Positions 55,619 through 64,000 of a stretch of DNA of 64,000 nucleotides are shown here, in pieces (positions within the stretch are counted from its first letter, which is position 1; each line of letters begins with the position of its first letter). The notes under the pieces were generated by a model that saw only the letters and a program-made list of their open reading frames with translations, was not told the origin of the DNA and searched no databases. Source of the DNA: Candidatus Marinacidobacterales bacterium (GTDB lineage: Bacteria; Acidobacteriota; Vicinamibacteria; Marinacidobacterales; SMYC01); contig CBDCYI010000011.1 in the NCBI GenBank assembly GCA_965224085.1, forward strand, positions 1,344,001-1,408,000, written 5' to 3'. Position numbers and translations under genes: made by a program.

Positions 55619-56242
55619 TTATTCTCTAAATGACTCCACAATCGGCCGAATTCGCTCTTCGAGTAGCCGCGGCCGTGTCCTCTCCGCGAGCACGATCGCC
55701 TTCAGTAGCTCCGAAGTTCGTTCCACGCTGTCATTGACGAGCACGTAGTCGTAGTCCTTATAATGATAAATTTCGTGGCGAGCTTCTTCTAGCCGCCCCA
55801 AGATTACCTCGTCCGAATCTTGGCGCCGTCCGCGGAGCCGCTCTTCCAGAACCTCGAACGACGGGGGCAGGACAAACAGCGTAATGGCGTCCGGCTGCGC
55901 CTTGCGCACTTGCGCGGCCCCTTGGACGTCCACGTCCAAAAGGATATCCTCCCCAGACGCCCGCACTTGCTCGGTCACGATCTTCGACGTCCCGTAGAAG
56001 TTGCCGTGGACTTCGGCCCATTCCAGGAACTCGCCATCTTCGATTTTCGCGCGGAACACGTCCTTGGTCACGAAGTGATAGTCGATGCTGTCGCGCTCAG
56101 TCCCGCGGACGGGACGCGTCGTGAACGACACCGAAAAGCACACGTCATCGAGTGTGTCGAGAAGGCGCCGAACGAGCGTCGTCTTGCCGGAGCCCGAGGG
56201 CGCCGAGATGACGAAGAGGTTGCCTCGCCGTGCGGTCGTCAT
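55619..56242 (-). CDS. gmk: Guanylate kinase
   Basis: SAPSGSGKTT, TTRP.R, FLEWAEVHGNFYGT, DVDVQGA, LPPS. Confidence 0.96.
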   Translation of the reverse strand: MTTARRGNLFVISAPSGSGKTTLVRRLLDTLDDVCFSVSFTTRPVRGTERDSIDYHFVTKDVFRAKIEDGEFLEWAEVHGNFYGTSKIVTEQVRASGEDILLDVDVQGAAQVRKAQPDAITLFVLPPSFEVLEERLRGRRQDSDEVILGRLEEARHEIYHYKDYDYVLVNDSVERTSELLKAIVLAERTRPRLLEERIRPIVESFRE

Positions 56243-57117
56243 TCGATATTCTGAACCTGTTCCCGGACTCTCTCGATTTCGGATTTCATCGCAATCACTT
56301 GCTCCGCAATCTCAGCGTCTTGACTCTTCGAGCCTAACGTATTTACTTCTCGGTTCATCTCTTGGACGATGAAGTCGAGCTTCTTGCCACAAGGCCCGGC
56401 CGACGACATCGTCCCTTTCCAGAGCTCGAGGTGGCTCCGGAAGCGCGTGATCTCTTCGGCGATATCGGCCCTCTCCACGAGACGGGCGACTTCCATTGCG
56501 ATGGCGGAAGGCTCGAGAGCGGAGCCGACGAGCTCCGCGACTTTGGCCGCTAGCTCCCCGCGCCGCTCCTCACGCCTTGCGTTGCTGCGCGCCTCGATGC
56601 GATCGACTAAAGACGCGAGCTCCGTCGTGCGGCGCTCGAGATCCGCCGCCATCTCGGCGCCTTCGGCCGCGCGCATACGCTCGAGCTCCTCGAGCGCCTG
56701 GCCGAGAGCCGGCTCGAGCGCGTCCCACAGGCTGGTGCCTTCGGATAGATCACGCTCTTTCACTTGAAAAGCCGGCGAAAAACCAACCAAGTCCCGAAGC
56801 TCGAGCGACGCCGCGACACCGATTTCTTTCCCTATCTCGGTAGTCACCCGTACGAACTCCGAAAGCAAAGGCCGGTCGACCTCAATTTGGTGCGTGCTCT
56901 CGCCTTTCGGCTTGAGGTGCAGGCTGACGTCGACTTTTCCGCGGCCGAGCGACTGCGCGATGCGATCGCGCACTTTCTTGTCGATCGTCGTGAGCCCGGC
57001 CGAGCCGCGTGTCCGCACGTCGAGATATCGGTGGTTAACCGTACGAATCTCGACGACAACTTCATGGGCGTCGTTCTCGATTCGGGCTCGTGAGAAACCC
57101 GTCATGCTTTTCAGCAT
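56239..57117 (-). CDS. yicC: YicC/YloC family endoribonuclease
   Basis: SMTGF, VNHRYLD, RGKV, GKKLDF..QEMNRE.NT.GSK, REQVQNIE. Confidence 0.95.
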   Translation of the reverse strand: MLKSMTGFSRARIENDAHEVVVEIRTVNHRYLDVRTRGSAGLTTIDKKVRDRIAQSLGRGKVDVSLHLKPKGESTHQIEVDRPLLSEFVRVTTEIGKEIGVAASLELRDLVGFSPAFQVKERDLSEGTSLWDALEPALGQALEELERMRAAEGAEMAADLERRTTELASLVDRIEARSNARREERRGELAAKVAELVGSALEPSAIAMEVARLVERADIAEEITRFRSHLELWKGTMSSAGPCGKKLDFIVQEMNREVNTLGSKSQDAEIAEQVIAMKSEIERVREQVQNIE

Positions 57118-57124
57118 CGTTCGC

Positions 57125-58879
57125 TCATGTGTCGCTCGTCACGGGTTCGGCCGCAGCACCCTGAGAGAACTGAAGCTCGTAGAGCCGTCGATAGACCCCT
57201 CCCGAGCGGACGAGGAGCTCCTCTTGGGTTCCTGTCTCCTGCACTTGGCCGCCCTCTATGACGACAATGAGATCCGCTTTTCGGATCGTCGATAGCCGAT
57301 GAGCGATGACGAGCGTCGTGCGGTTCGCCATCAAGTTCTCTAGAGCTCGCTGGAGGAGCGCTTCCGACTCCGCGTCGAGCGAGCTCGTGGCCTCGTCGAG
57401 CACGAGAATCGGAGGGTTTTTCAATATGGCGCGGGCGATAGCGATCCTCTGCCGCTGGCCGCCGGAGAGCCGTTGTCCGCGCTCGCCGATGACGGTGTCG
57501 AAGCCGTGTTCTAGCTCCCGAATGAACTCGAGAGCGCAAGCAGCCTCCGCCGCCGCCACGAGCGCGTCTTCCGAGACCGAGCTCAGGCCGTAGCCGATGT
57601 TGTTGCGCACGGTGTCGTTGAAAAGGATCGTCTCTTGCGTCACGAGCCCGATTTGCCCGCGAAGCGACGATAGCGTCGCCTCGCGAATATCGACGCCATC
57701 GAAAAAGATGACGCCGCCGGTCGGGTCGTAGAAGCGCGGCACGAGGCTCGCGAGCGTGCTCTTCCCTGCCCCGCTCGTGCCAACGAGGGCGACGACTTGC
57801 CCTGCTTCGATGACGAGGTTCACATCGTGAAGAGTCGCGCCTTTGCCGTCGTCATACACGAAGTCGAGGTTCGAAAACTCGATGCTCCGCGAGAGCGGCT
57901 GGAGCTCGACAGCGTTCTCGACTTCCTGGATGGAATGCTCGACGTCGAGCACAGCAAAAATCCGACTCGCGGCCGAGAGCGCTTGCTGGAGGGTGGCATT
58001 CACGCGGGAGAGCTTCTTCACCGGCATGTACATCATGAAGAGCGCCGCGATAAAGGATGAAAACTCGCCTGTCGTCATCGTCGATGCCGCGATGCGACCG
58101 CTCCCGTACCATAAGGCCGCCGCCATCCCGACCCCGCCAACGAGCTCCATGATGGGAGGCATCGTCGAGATGACGCGGGTGATGCGCATATTGGTCCGGA
58201 AGAGGCTGTCGGTGGCAGCGACGAAGCGTTTCGTCTCGGACGCCTCCATGCGGAAAGCCTTGACGATGCGGCTTCCCGAGATCGTTTCGTGTAGGACGTT
58301 TGTGATGTCGCGCCAACGCTCGAGCCCGGTATCCGTCCGACGCCGGAGCTTACGGCCAAGGGTCACGAGCGGGTAGATAGCGAGGGGAGCGATCACGAAA
58401 CAGAAAATGGCGAGCCGCCAATCGTAATAGAACACGAGCGTACCGTAGCCGAGGAGCGCAAAGCTCTGCATGAGCAGATCGCCCATAGCACCGGAGACCG
58501 CTTGCTGGATCTTCTCGACGTCGTTCGTGATGTGACTGATGAGCGTTCCCGTCGGCTGGCTCTTGAAGAAGCTCACCGATTGGCGGATCACGTGCTGGTA
58601 GAGGACGTTCCGAAGGTCCATGACCGTCCGCTGCCCCACCCAGCTCATCAGATAGGTCGAGAAGTAAGAAAAGAGCCCTTTCGCGAGATAGAGCAGGATG
58701 ATGAGCACCGCGACCTGAGCCAAGTTCTCGTTCTGGATCAGAACGTCGTCAAAGACGGGCTTGATGAGATAGGCGAGCCCGCCCGAGGTCGCGCCAAAAC
58801 CCACCATCGCAAAAGAGGCCAAGAGGAATCGCCCCCTATATGGCCAAGCGTAAGAAAGTAGGCGCCGGAACTCTTTCAC
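57125..58879 (-). CDS. msbA: MsbA-like ABC exporter (TMD + NBD)
   Basis: Multi-TM domain; GTSGAGKST, LSGGQRQR, LDEATSSLD, IAHRLST. Confidence 0.8.
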   Translation of the reverse strand: MKEFRRLLSYAWPYRGRFLLASFAMVGFGATSGGLAYLIKPVFDDVLIQNENLAQVAVLIILLYLAKGLFSYFSTYLMSWVGQRTVMDLRNVLYQHVIRQSVSFFKSQPTGTLISHITNDVEKIQQAVSGAMGDLLMQSFALLGYGTLVFYYDWRLAIFCFVIAPLAIYPLVTLGRKLRRRTDTGLERWRDITNVLHETISGSRIVKAFRMEASETKRFVAATDSLFRTNMRITRVISTMPPIMELVGGVGMAAALWYGSGRIAASTMTTGEFSSFIAALFMMYMPVKKLSRVNATLQQALSAASRIFAVLDVEHSIQEVENAVELQPLSRSIEFSNLDFVYDDGKGATLHDVNLVIEAGQVVALVGTSGAGKSTLASLVPRFYDPTGGVIFFDGVDIREATLSSLRGQIGLVTQETILFNDTVRNNIGYGLSSVSEDALVAAAEAACALEFIRELEHGFDTVIGERGQRLSGGQRQRIAIARAILKNPPILVLDEATSSLDAESEALLQRALENLMANRTTLVIAHRLSTIRKADLIVVIEGGQVQETGTQEELLVRSGGVYRRLYELQFSQGAAAEPVTSDT

Positions 58880-58953
58880 GTCGGATTCATGCTATCAAGA
58901 TTTATGGATCTGGGGTGACGCGTTTCCGCAATACGAGTTGCTATCGGCTCCAA

Positions 58954-60156
58954 CTAATCGCTTATGGTGCGGGTCAGGCGCCGGATCGCTTCTTCGATTT
59001 GGTCCTCGCGGACGAAGCTGTAGGAAAGACGCAGATAGTTGGCGCCACTACCATCGGGGAAAAAAGGCGGGCCGGCGACGAAAGCCGTCTTTTCCTCTTC
59101 GATCGCACGGCGCAAGAGCGCCTCGCTATCCGTATCTTCGGCCAGGCGCACCCAGATAAAGAACCCGCCACCGGGGTGGACCCAGCTGGCATCCGATGGA
59201 AAATGTGCGGTCATCGCACGCTCCATGACGTCGCGCTTGCTGCGGTAGAGCTCGATCGACCGCCGCACTTGCGCGTCGATGAGACCCCGGGTGCCGTAGT
59301 CGTGGACGAGTCGTTGGGTGAGCGTATTGGCGCACTGGTCCGTGCCGAGCTTGCAAAGTCCGAGCCGCTCGATGAGCGCGGGCTCAGCCGCAACCCAGCC
59401 GAGCCGCGCGCCTGGACCGAAGATCTTCGAGAACGTGTGGATGAAGAGAACGTTCTCCGGATCGAGTGCTTTGAGCGGCGCAAGCGCCTCGCCATCATAG
59501 ACGAGCTCACCATAGGCGTGATCTTCCGCGATGGGCACCTCGTAACGCCGGCAAAGCTCGACGATCCTCTCCCGGCGCGGTAGGTCCATGGTGCGCCCGG
59601 AGGGGTTTTGGAACGATGGATTCGTGTAGAAAAGGCGCGGCCGGACGCCTTTTTTGTCGAGCTCCCGAAGACGTTGTTCGAGAGCTTCCGGGTCGACACC
59701 GTGCTCATCGAGAGGGACCGGGACGATGCGGGCTTCGTAGGTGCGGAAAACATGAAGCGCCATCATGTATGTCGGCGCACCGACGAGTACAGTGTCCCCT
59801 TTGTCGAGAAGCGCCATCGCACACAAGTTCAATCCATCGACGCCGCCAGAGACGACGAGAATGTTCTCGGGCGACAACGAGACGTCGCAGCGCTCGGCCA
59901 TCCGTCTGGCAATCCATTCCCGCAGCTGGCCATAGCCAGCATTCGGCCCGTAGTTGAGCGCCGCCGCGCCCTCGTCGCGCAAGACGCGGTCCATCGACTC
60001 GCGAACCGCATCGAGATCGAAGACCGCCGGATCGGGAAGCCCACCGGCAAGCGAGATGACGTCCGGCCGCTCGGCAAGGTCGAGAATCTCCGTGACAGAG
60101 CGCGAGGGCTCGAACAGCGCCATGCGCCGCGATAGTTCAGTCGTTTGGGTATCCAT
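58954..60156 (-). CDS. PLP-dependent class I aminotransferase (LysN-like)
   Basis: ISLAGGLPD, FQNPSG, EDHAY, TFSKIFGPG.RLGW, LRLSYS. Confidence 0.9.
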   Translation of the reverse strand: MDTQTTELSRRMALFEPSRSVTEILDLAERPDVISLAGGLPDPAVFDLDAVRESMDRVLRDEGAAALNYGPNAGYGQLREWIARRMAERCDVSLSPENILVVSGGVDGLNLCAMALLDKGDTVLVGAPTYMMALHVFRTYEARIVPVPLDEHGVDPEALEQRLRELDKKGVRPRLFYTNPSFQNPSGRTMDLPRRERIVELCRRYEVPIAEDHAYGELVYDGEALAPLKALDPENVLFIHTFSKIFGPGARLGWVAAEPALIERLGLCKLGTDQCANTLTQRLVHDYGTRGLIDAQVRRSIELYRSKRDVMERAMTAHFPSDASWVHPGGGFFIWVRLAEDTDSEALLRRAIEEEKTAFVAGPPFFPDGSGANYLRLSYSFVREDQIEEAIRRLTRTISD

Positions 60157-61138
60157 CTGGAAAACGCTCCTTGAACGACCACGCGGACTCGACGATCCGC
60201 TCGAGCGATGGGAATCGAGGCTCCCAGCCAAAAACTTGACGAATTTTCCTGGACGTCGCCACGAGCCTGGGTGGATCGCCCAAGCGCCTCGGCGCGATCT
60301 CGCGAGGCACTTTCTTGCCGCTCACACGCTCAACGGCGTCGACCACTTCGAGAACGGAGTGGCCGGTCCCCGTGCCAAGGTTGAAGCTCGCGGAAGCACC
60401 GCCGGCCCGCAGGTGCTCGAGCGCTCGCACGTGGGAGATGGCGAGATCTTGAACGTGAATGTAATCGCGAATGCAGGTGCCGTCGGGCGTGTCGTAGTCG
60501 TCGCCGAAAATAGAGAGATGGGCGCGCTGTCCCATCGCCGCTTCGCAGACAAGCGGGATCAAATGGGTCTCGGGGCGGTGGTCTTCCCCGAGGTCGCCCT
60601 TTTCGTGCGCGCCCGCAGCGTTGAAGTAGCGCAGGTTGACGTGGCGAATGCCGCGCGCGGCTTCGAAATCTTGGAGAGCCCATTCGAAGACGAGCTTCGT
60701 CCGTCCGTAAGGATTGATCGGCCGCTGCGGATGGTCCTCGGCGATGGGGACGCGTTCCGGGTTCCCGTAGGTCGAGCAAGTCGACGAGAAGATCAACGCC
60801 GGCACCCCATGGCGCGCCATTGCGGAGATGAGCTCGAGGCCCCCGCTAACGTTGTTTCGGTAATACTTCTCTGGCTCTTCGACCGATTCCCCGACATAGG
60901 CCTTCGCTCCGAAATGAACAACGGCGTCGAAAGGCTCGCGGCCGAGCAACTCGTCGAGTGACTCTGCGATGTTCGGGCCCGATAAATCCGCGCGCACGAT
61001 CTCGGCGCCGCTCGCTGCGACAACGTGGCCAGCGCTTAGGTCATCGAGAATGACGACGCGCTCGTCGCGCTCGAGAAGCTCCCGGACCGTGTGGGAGCCG
61101 ACATAGCCACAACCGCCGGTGACGAGGAGCGCGGCCAC
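60137..61138 (-). CDS. galE: UDP-glucose 4-epimerase
   Basis: TGGCGYVGSH, YGRTK, LRYFNAAG, DGTCIRDYIHV. Confidence 0.95.
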   Translation of the reverse strand: MAALLVTGGCGYVGSHTVRELLERDERVVILDDLSAGHVVAASGAEIVRADLSGPNIAESLDELLGREPFDAVVHFGAKAYVGESVEEPEKYYRNNVSGGLELISAMARHGVPALIFSSTCSTYGNPERVPIAEDHPQRPINPYGRTKLVFEWALQDFEAARGIRHVNLRYFNAAGAHEKGDLGEDHRPETHLIPLVCEAAMGQRAHLSIFGDDYDTPDGTCIRDYIHVQDLAISHVRALEHLRAGGASASFNLGTGTGHSVLEVVDAVERVSGKKVPREIAPRRLGDPPRLVATSRKIRQVFGWEPRFPSLERIVESAWSFKERFPDGYPND

Positions 61139-61139
61139 G

Positions 61140-62450
61140 CTAGCGACGCCCCACGCCGAAATAGGAGAACCCGAGATCTCTCAGCTTGTCCGGATTGTAG
61201 ATGTTGCGTCCGTCGAAAATCACTGGCTCTCTGAGCAAGTCGCGGACGCGGCCGAAGTCTGGCTCGCGGAACTCGTTCCACTCGGTGACGAGCACGAGAC
61301 CGTCGGCACCATCGCAAGCCTCGTAACTCTTGCGGCAATATGTCACGCTCCCGTCGACGCCCGCGAGGTGCCGGCGCGCCTCGTCGATGGCTTCGGGATC
61401 ATAGACACGGACTGAGACGCCTTCATCGATGAGTGCATGGATCAGCGCGAGCGCCGGTGCCTCGCGCATGTCATCGGTGCGGGGCTTGAACGCGAGCCCC
61501 CAGACCGCGAGACGTTTTCCTTTCAGACCATCGCCAAAATGATCGCGGATCTTCGAGACCAGATAAATCTTCTGGGCTTCGTTCACCCGCTCTGTGGCTT
61601 CGATGAGCTCGAGCCTGACGCCGGCATCACGCGCCGTCTTCAAAAGCGCGCGGATATCTTTCGGAAAGCAGGATCCGCCATAGCCGACGCCGGGAAAAAG
61701 GAACGGGTGTCCGATGCGGCTATCGGTGCCGAGAGCACGGCGCACGTTCGCCACATCCGCCCCGACGTTCTCGCACAGGCGTGCGATCTCATTCATGAAG
61801 CTGATGCGGCTCGCGAGCATCGCGTTGGCGGCATATTTTGTGACTTCGGCGCTCTCGGGGTCCATCACGAGGACGGGATTGCCGGTACGCATGAAGGGCC
61901 GGTAGAGCTCTTTCATGAGCTCCGCTACCGCAGGGTCGTCCGTGCCCACAACAACGCGGTCGGGGCGCAGAAAGTCGTCGATCGCCGCACCCTCTTTCAA
62001 GAACTCGGGGTTCGAGACAACGGCAACCGGGTGACGCGTGATTCTTGAGAGGGTCTTCTTGACGGAGCGGTTCGTGCCGACGGGGACGGTGCTCTTGAGG
62101 ACGACGATCTTGTACTCGTCCATGGCATGACCGATGCCTTCGGCGACGGAGACAACGTGCGACATGTCCGCCGAGCCGTCTTCACGCGTCGGCGTGCCGA
62201 CGGCGATGAAGAGAATCTTCGACTGCCGCACCGCGTTGTCGAAATCCTTCGTGAAGCTCAAACGTTCTTCGTCGACATTCCGCTTCACGAGCTCCGCGAG
62301 CCCAGGCTCGTAGATAGGGATTTCGCCACGCTGCAAACGAGTAATTTTGTCTTCATCGATATCGACAGCGATAACATGGTTGCCGTTCTCGGCGAGACAA
62401 GCCGATACGACGAGGCCGACATAACCGGTTCCTACAACTGAAATATTCAT
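61140..62450 (-). CDS. ugd: UDP-glucose 6-dehydrogenase
   Basis: GTGYVGL, KSTVPVGT, NPEFLKEG, GYGGSCFPKD, FKPRTDD.RE, DGRN. Confidence 0.95.
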   Translation of the reverse strand: MNISVVGTGYVGLVVSACLAENGNHVIAVDIDEDKITRLQRGEIPIYEPGLAELVKRNVDEERLSFTKDFDNAVRQSKILFIAVGTPTREDGSADMSHVVSVAEGIGHAMDEYKIVVLKSTVPVGTNRSVKKTLSRITRHPVAVVSNPEFLKEGAAIDDFLRPDRVVVGTDDPAVAELMKELYRPFMRTGNPVLVMDPESAEVTKYAANAMLASRISFMNEIARLCENVGADVANVRRALGTDSRIGHPFLFPGVGYGGSCFPKDIRALLKTARDAGVRLELIEATERVNEAQKIYLVSKIRDHFGDGLKGKRLAVWGLAFKPRTDDMREAPALALIHALIDEGVSVRVYDPEAIDEARRHLAGVDGSVTYCRKSYEACDGADGLVLVTEWNEFREPDFGRVRDLLREPVIFDGRNIYNPDKLRDLGFSYFGVGRR

Positions 62451-62590
62451 CTACCCTCTTGCTAACGTAGCGGCCCAAGCCGGTTATTTTATCGCGTGAA
62501 CCAGTGTCCTGCCAGGAAGGGGTAACGGGGACCCGCCAGGTGTCGCGAACGGGGCGGTAAAGCGGCGCGAGATGCTAACATCGCGGAAAC

Positions 62591-63712
62591 ATGGCGAAGC
62601 TCACCATTGGTGTCGATTTCCGTCCGGCGCTGTCACACGCGACGGGCGTCGGCCGCTACTTCGAGGGACTTGTCGGAGGTCTTGGCCGCGTCGACAGCGA
62701 GAATAACTACGTGCTGTTCTCGAGCTCCTGGAAAGAGCGCCCCGAGCTGCGGCCGCGGCCGGATAATTTCCGGCTCATCGACCGCCGCGTCCCGGTCCGT
62801 GTTCTGAACGCGCTCTGGCACCGGTTCGAGACCCCCTCGCTCGACTGGCTCGCCGGCGAGCGTCTGGACGTGGCGCATTCTCCGACTCCCCTCATTCTGC
62901 CTACCCGTCGCGGCCGTACCATCATTACTATATGCGACCTATTCTTCCTCGAGCGGCCTGAGGCCACGAGCCGCGAGATCCGACGGGATTACGTGAACTT
63001 GGTCCGCTCGCATGCCAGAAAAGCCGACGCCGTCATCGCCATCTCCGAGACCACGGCACGTGACGTCCAAGAAAAACTCGACGTACCTCCCGAGCGGATC
63101 ACCGTGATTCACGCCGGGCTCGACAGCCGATTCTCGGGGCCCACCGAGAAGGTCACCCCCGCCGTGCACGAGGACTACATCCTCACGGTCGCCTCGCTCG
63201 AACCGCGCAAGAACCTCACGAGACTCCTGGAAGCGCTCGCGCTTTTGCGGGAGAGGGGCTTCGAAGGTCGTTTGCGCATCGCGGGTGGCGACGGACTCGA
63301 TGCGCCGCGCGTCGACGACACGATCCACCGGCTGATGCTCGAAGACAGCGTCGACAAGCTGGGCTATGTGGACGCGGCGGCTCTGGTATCGCTCTATCGG
63401 TCCGCGCGCATCGTGGTAATGCCATCCCTCTGGGAAGGATTCGGCCTCCCGCTTTTAGAAGCGATGGCGTCGGAAACGCCTCTCGTTGCCTCCGACATTC
63501 CGGTCCATCGCGAAGTGGCGGGAGACGCGGCGCTCTTCGCCCCGCCCGGGAACGTTCGAGCGCTCGCGGACACCATCGACCGCACGTGGTGCGACCAAGA
63601 GCTCCGCGCACAGCTCGTCGCACGCGGCTTGGAGCGAAAAGAGCTTTTCTCTTGGGACGCGTCCGCAAACAAAGCGCGCTCTCTCTATGAGCGCGTTGCA
63701 GGTAAAGTGTGA
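62591..63712 (+). CDS. Glycosyltransferase family 4
   Basis: TGVGRY, EPRKN, PSLWEGFGLP.LEAMA, FSW. Confidence 0.92.
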   Translation: MAKLTIGVDFRPALSHATGVGRYFEGLVGGLGRVDSENNYVLFSSSWKERPELRPRPDNFRLIDRRVPVRVLNALWHRFETPSLDWLAGERLDVAHSPTPLILPTRRGRTIITICDLFFLERPEATSREIRRDYVNLVRSHARKADAVIAISETTARDVQEKLDVPPERITVIHAGLDSRFSGPTEKVTPAVHEDYILTVASLEPRKNLTRLLEALALLRERGFEGRLRIAGGDGLDAPRVDDTIHRLMLEDSVDKLGYVDAAALVSLYRSARIVVMPSLWEGFGLPLLEAMASETPLVASDIPVHREVAGDAALFAPPGNVRALADTIDRTWCDQELRAQLVARGLERKELFSWDASANKARSLYERVAGKV

Positions 63713-64000
63713 CGGAGCTCTCCATCGCGATCGTGAGCTACAACGCTCGGGGCGAACTCGAGAACTGTCTCCGTTCCATCCTCGAGAACTCGGATGGGTG
63801 CGAGCTCGAAATCGTGGTCACCGACAACGCGTCCACCGATGGCAGCGTTGCGCTCGTCGAGAGCAACTTTCCGAGCGTCGCGATCGAGCGCTCTGGCGAG
63901 AATGCCGGTTTTTCCAGGGCATCGAACCGTTCTTGGAGGCGGGCTCGAGGGGAGCTCGTATTGTTCTTGAACAGCGACACCGTTGTCCCGAAGGGCGCCA
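63709..64000 (+). CDS. Glycosyltransferase family 2 (partial, runs off the window)
   Basis: GTG overlaps the GT4 stop; LSIAIVSYN, VTDNASTDGS, N.GFS.A.N, LFLNSD. Confidence 0.88.
   Translation, partial: MTELSIAIVSYNARGELENCLRSILENSDGCELEIVVTDNASTDGSVALVESNFPSVAIERSGENAGFSRASNRSWRRARGELVLFLNSDTVVPKGA

Noticed and set aside
62505-62517. gtcctgccagg match to the tRNA-Arg 3' half as an att site
   Set aside because: Only 11 bp, lacks the terminal bases and lies among core genes; likely chance

Overview
A 64-kb window of a GC-rich bacterial chromosome. Gene content and synteny suggest an Acidobacteriota (Vicinamibacteria-like) genome; this is an inference, no search was run. The left end is housekeeping: rimI-tsaB, mutS, sppA, a glgB/GH57/malQ glycogen cluster, an MscS channel and tctABC. 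The right end is also housekeeping: surE, tRNA-Pro, merR-like, ihfA, der, hup, priA, udg, gmk, yicC, msbA-like, galE, ugd and glycosyltransferases. Between tRNA-Arg(CCT) at 18847 and tRNA-Pro(CGG) at 46531 lies a plastic zone. It holds lower-GC cargo, an integrase remnant, at least six pseudogenes and one of two near-identical tnpA-only IS200-type elements; the second lies just beyond the tRNA-Pro. Two observations stand out. (1) An exact 61-bp piece of the IS200 tnpA sits between two direct copies of the sppA 3' end, placed so that sppA read-through would be antisense to tnpA. (2) Strand-specific depletion of C at synonymous sites decays away from short 7-mer/8-mer repeat elements, strongest across udg. 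No rRNA genes, CRISPR array or cas genes were seen. Several frameshifts fall in homopolymers, so sequencing or assembly error cannot be excluded without reads.
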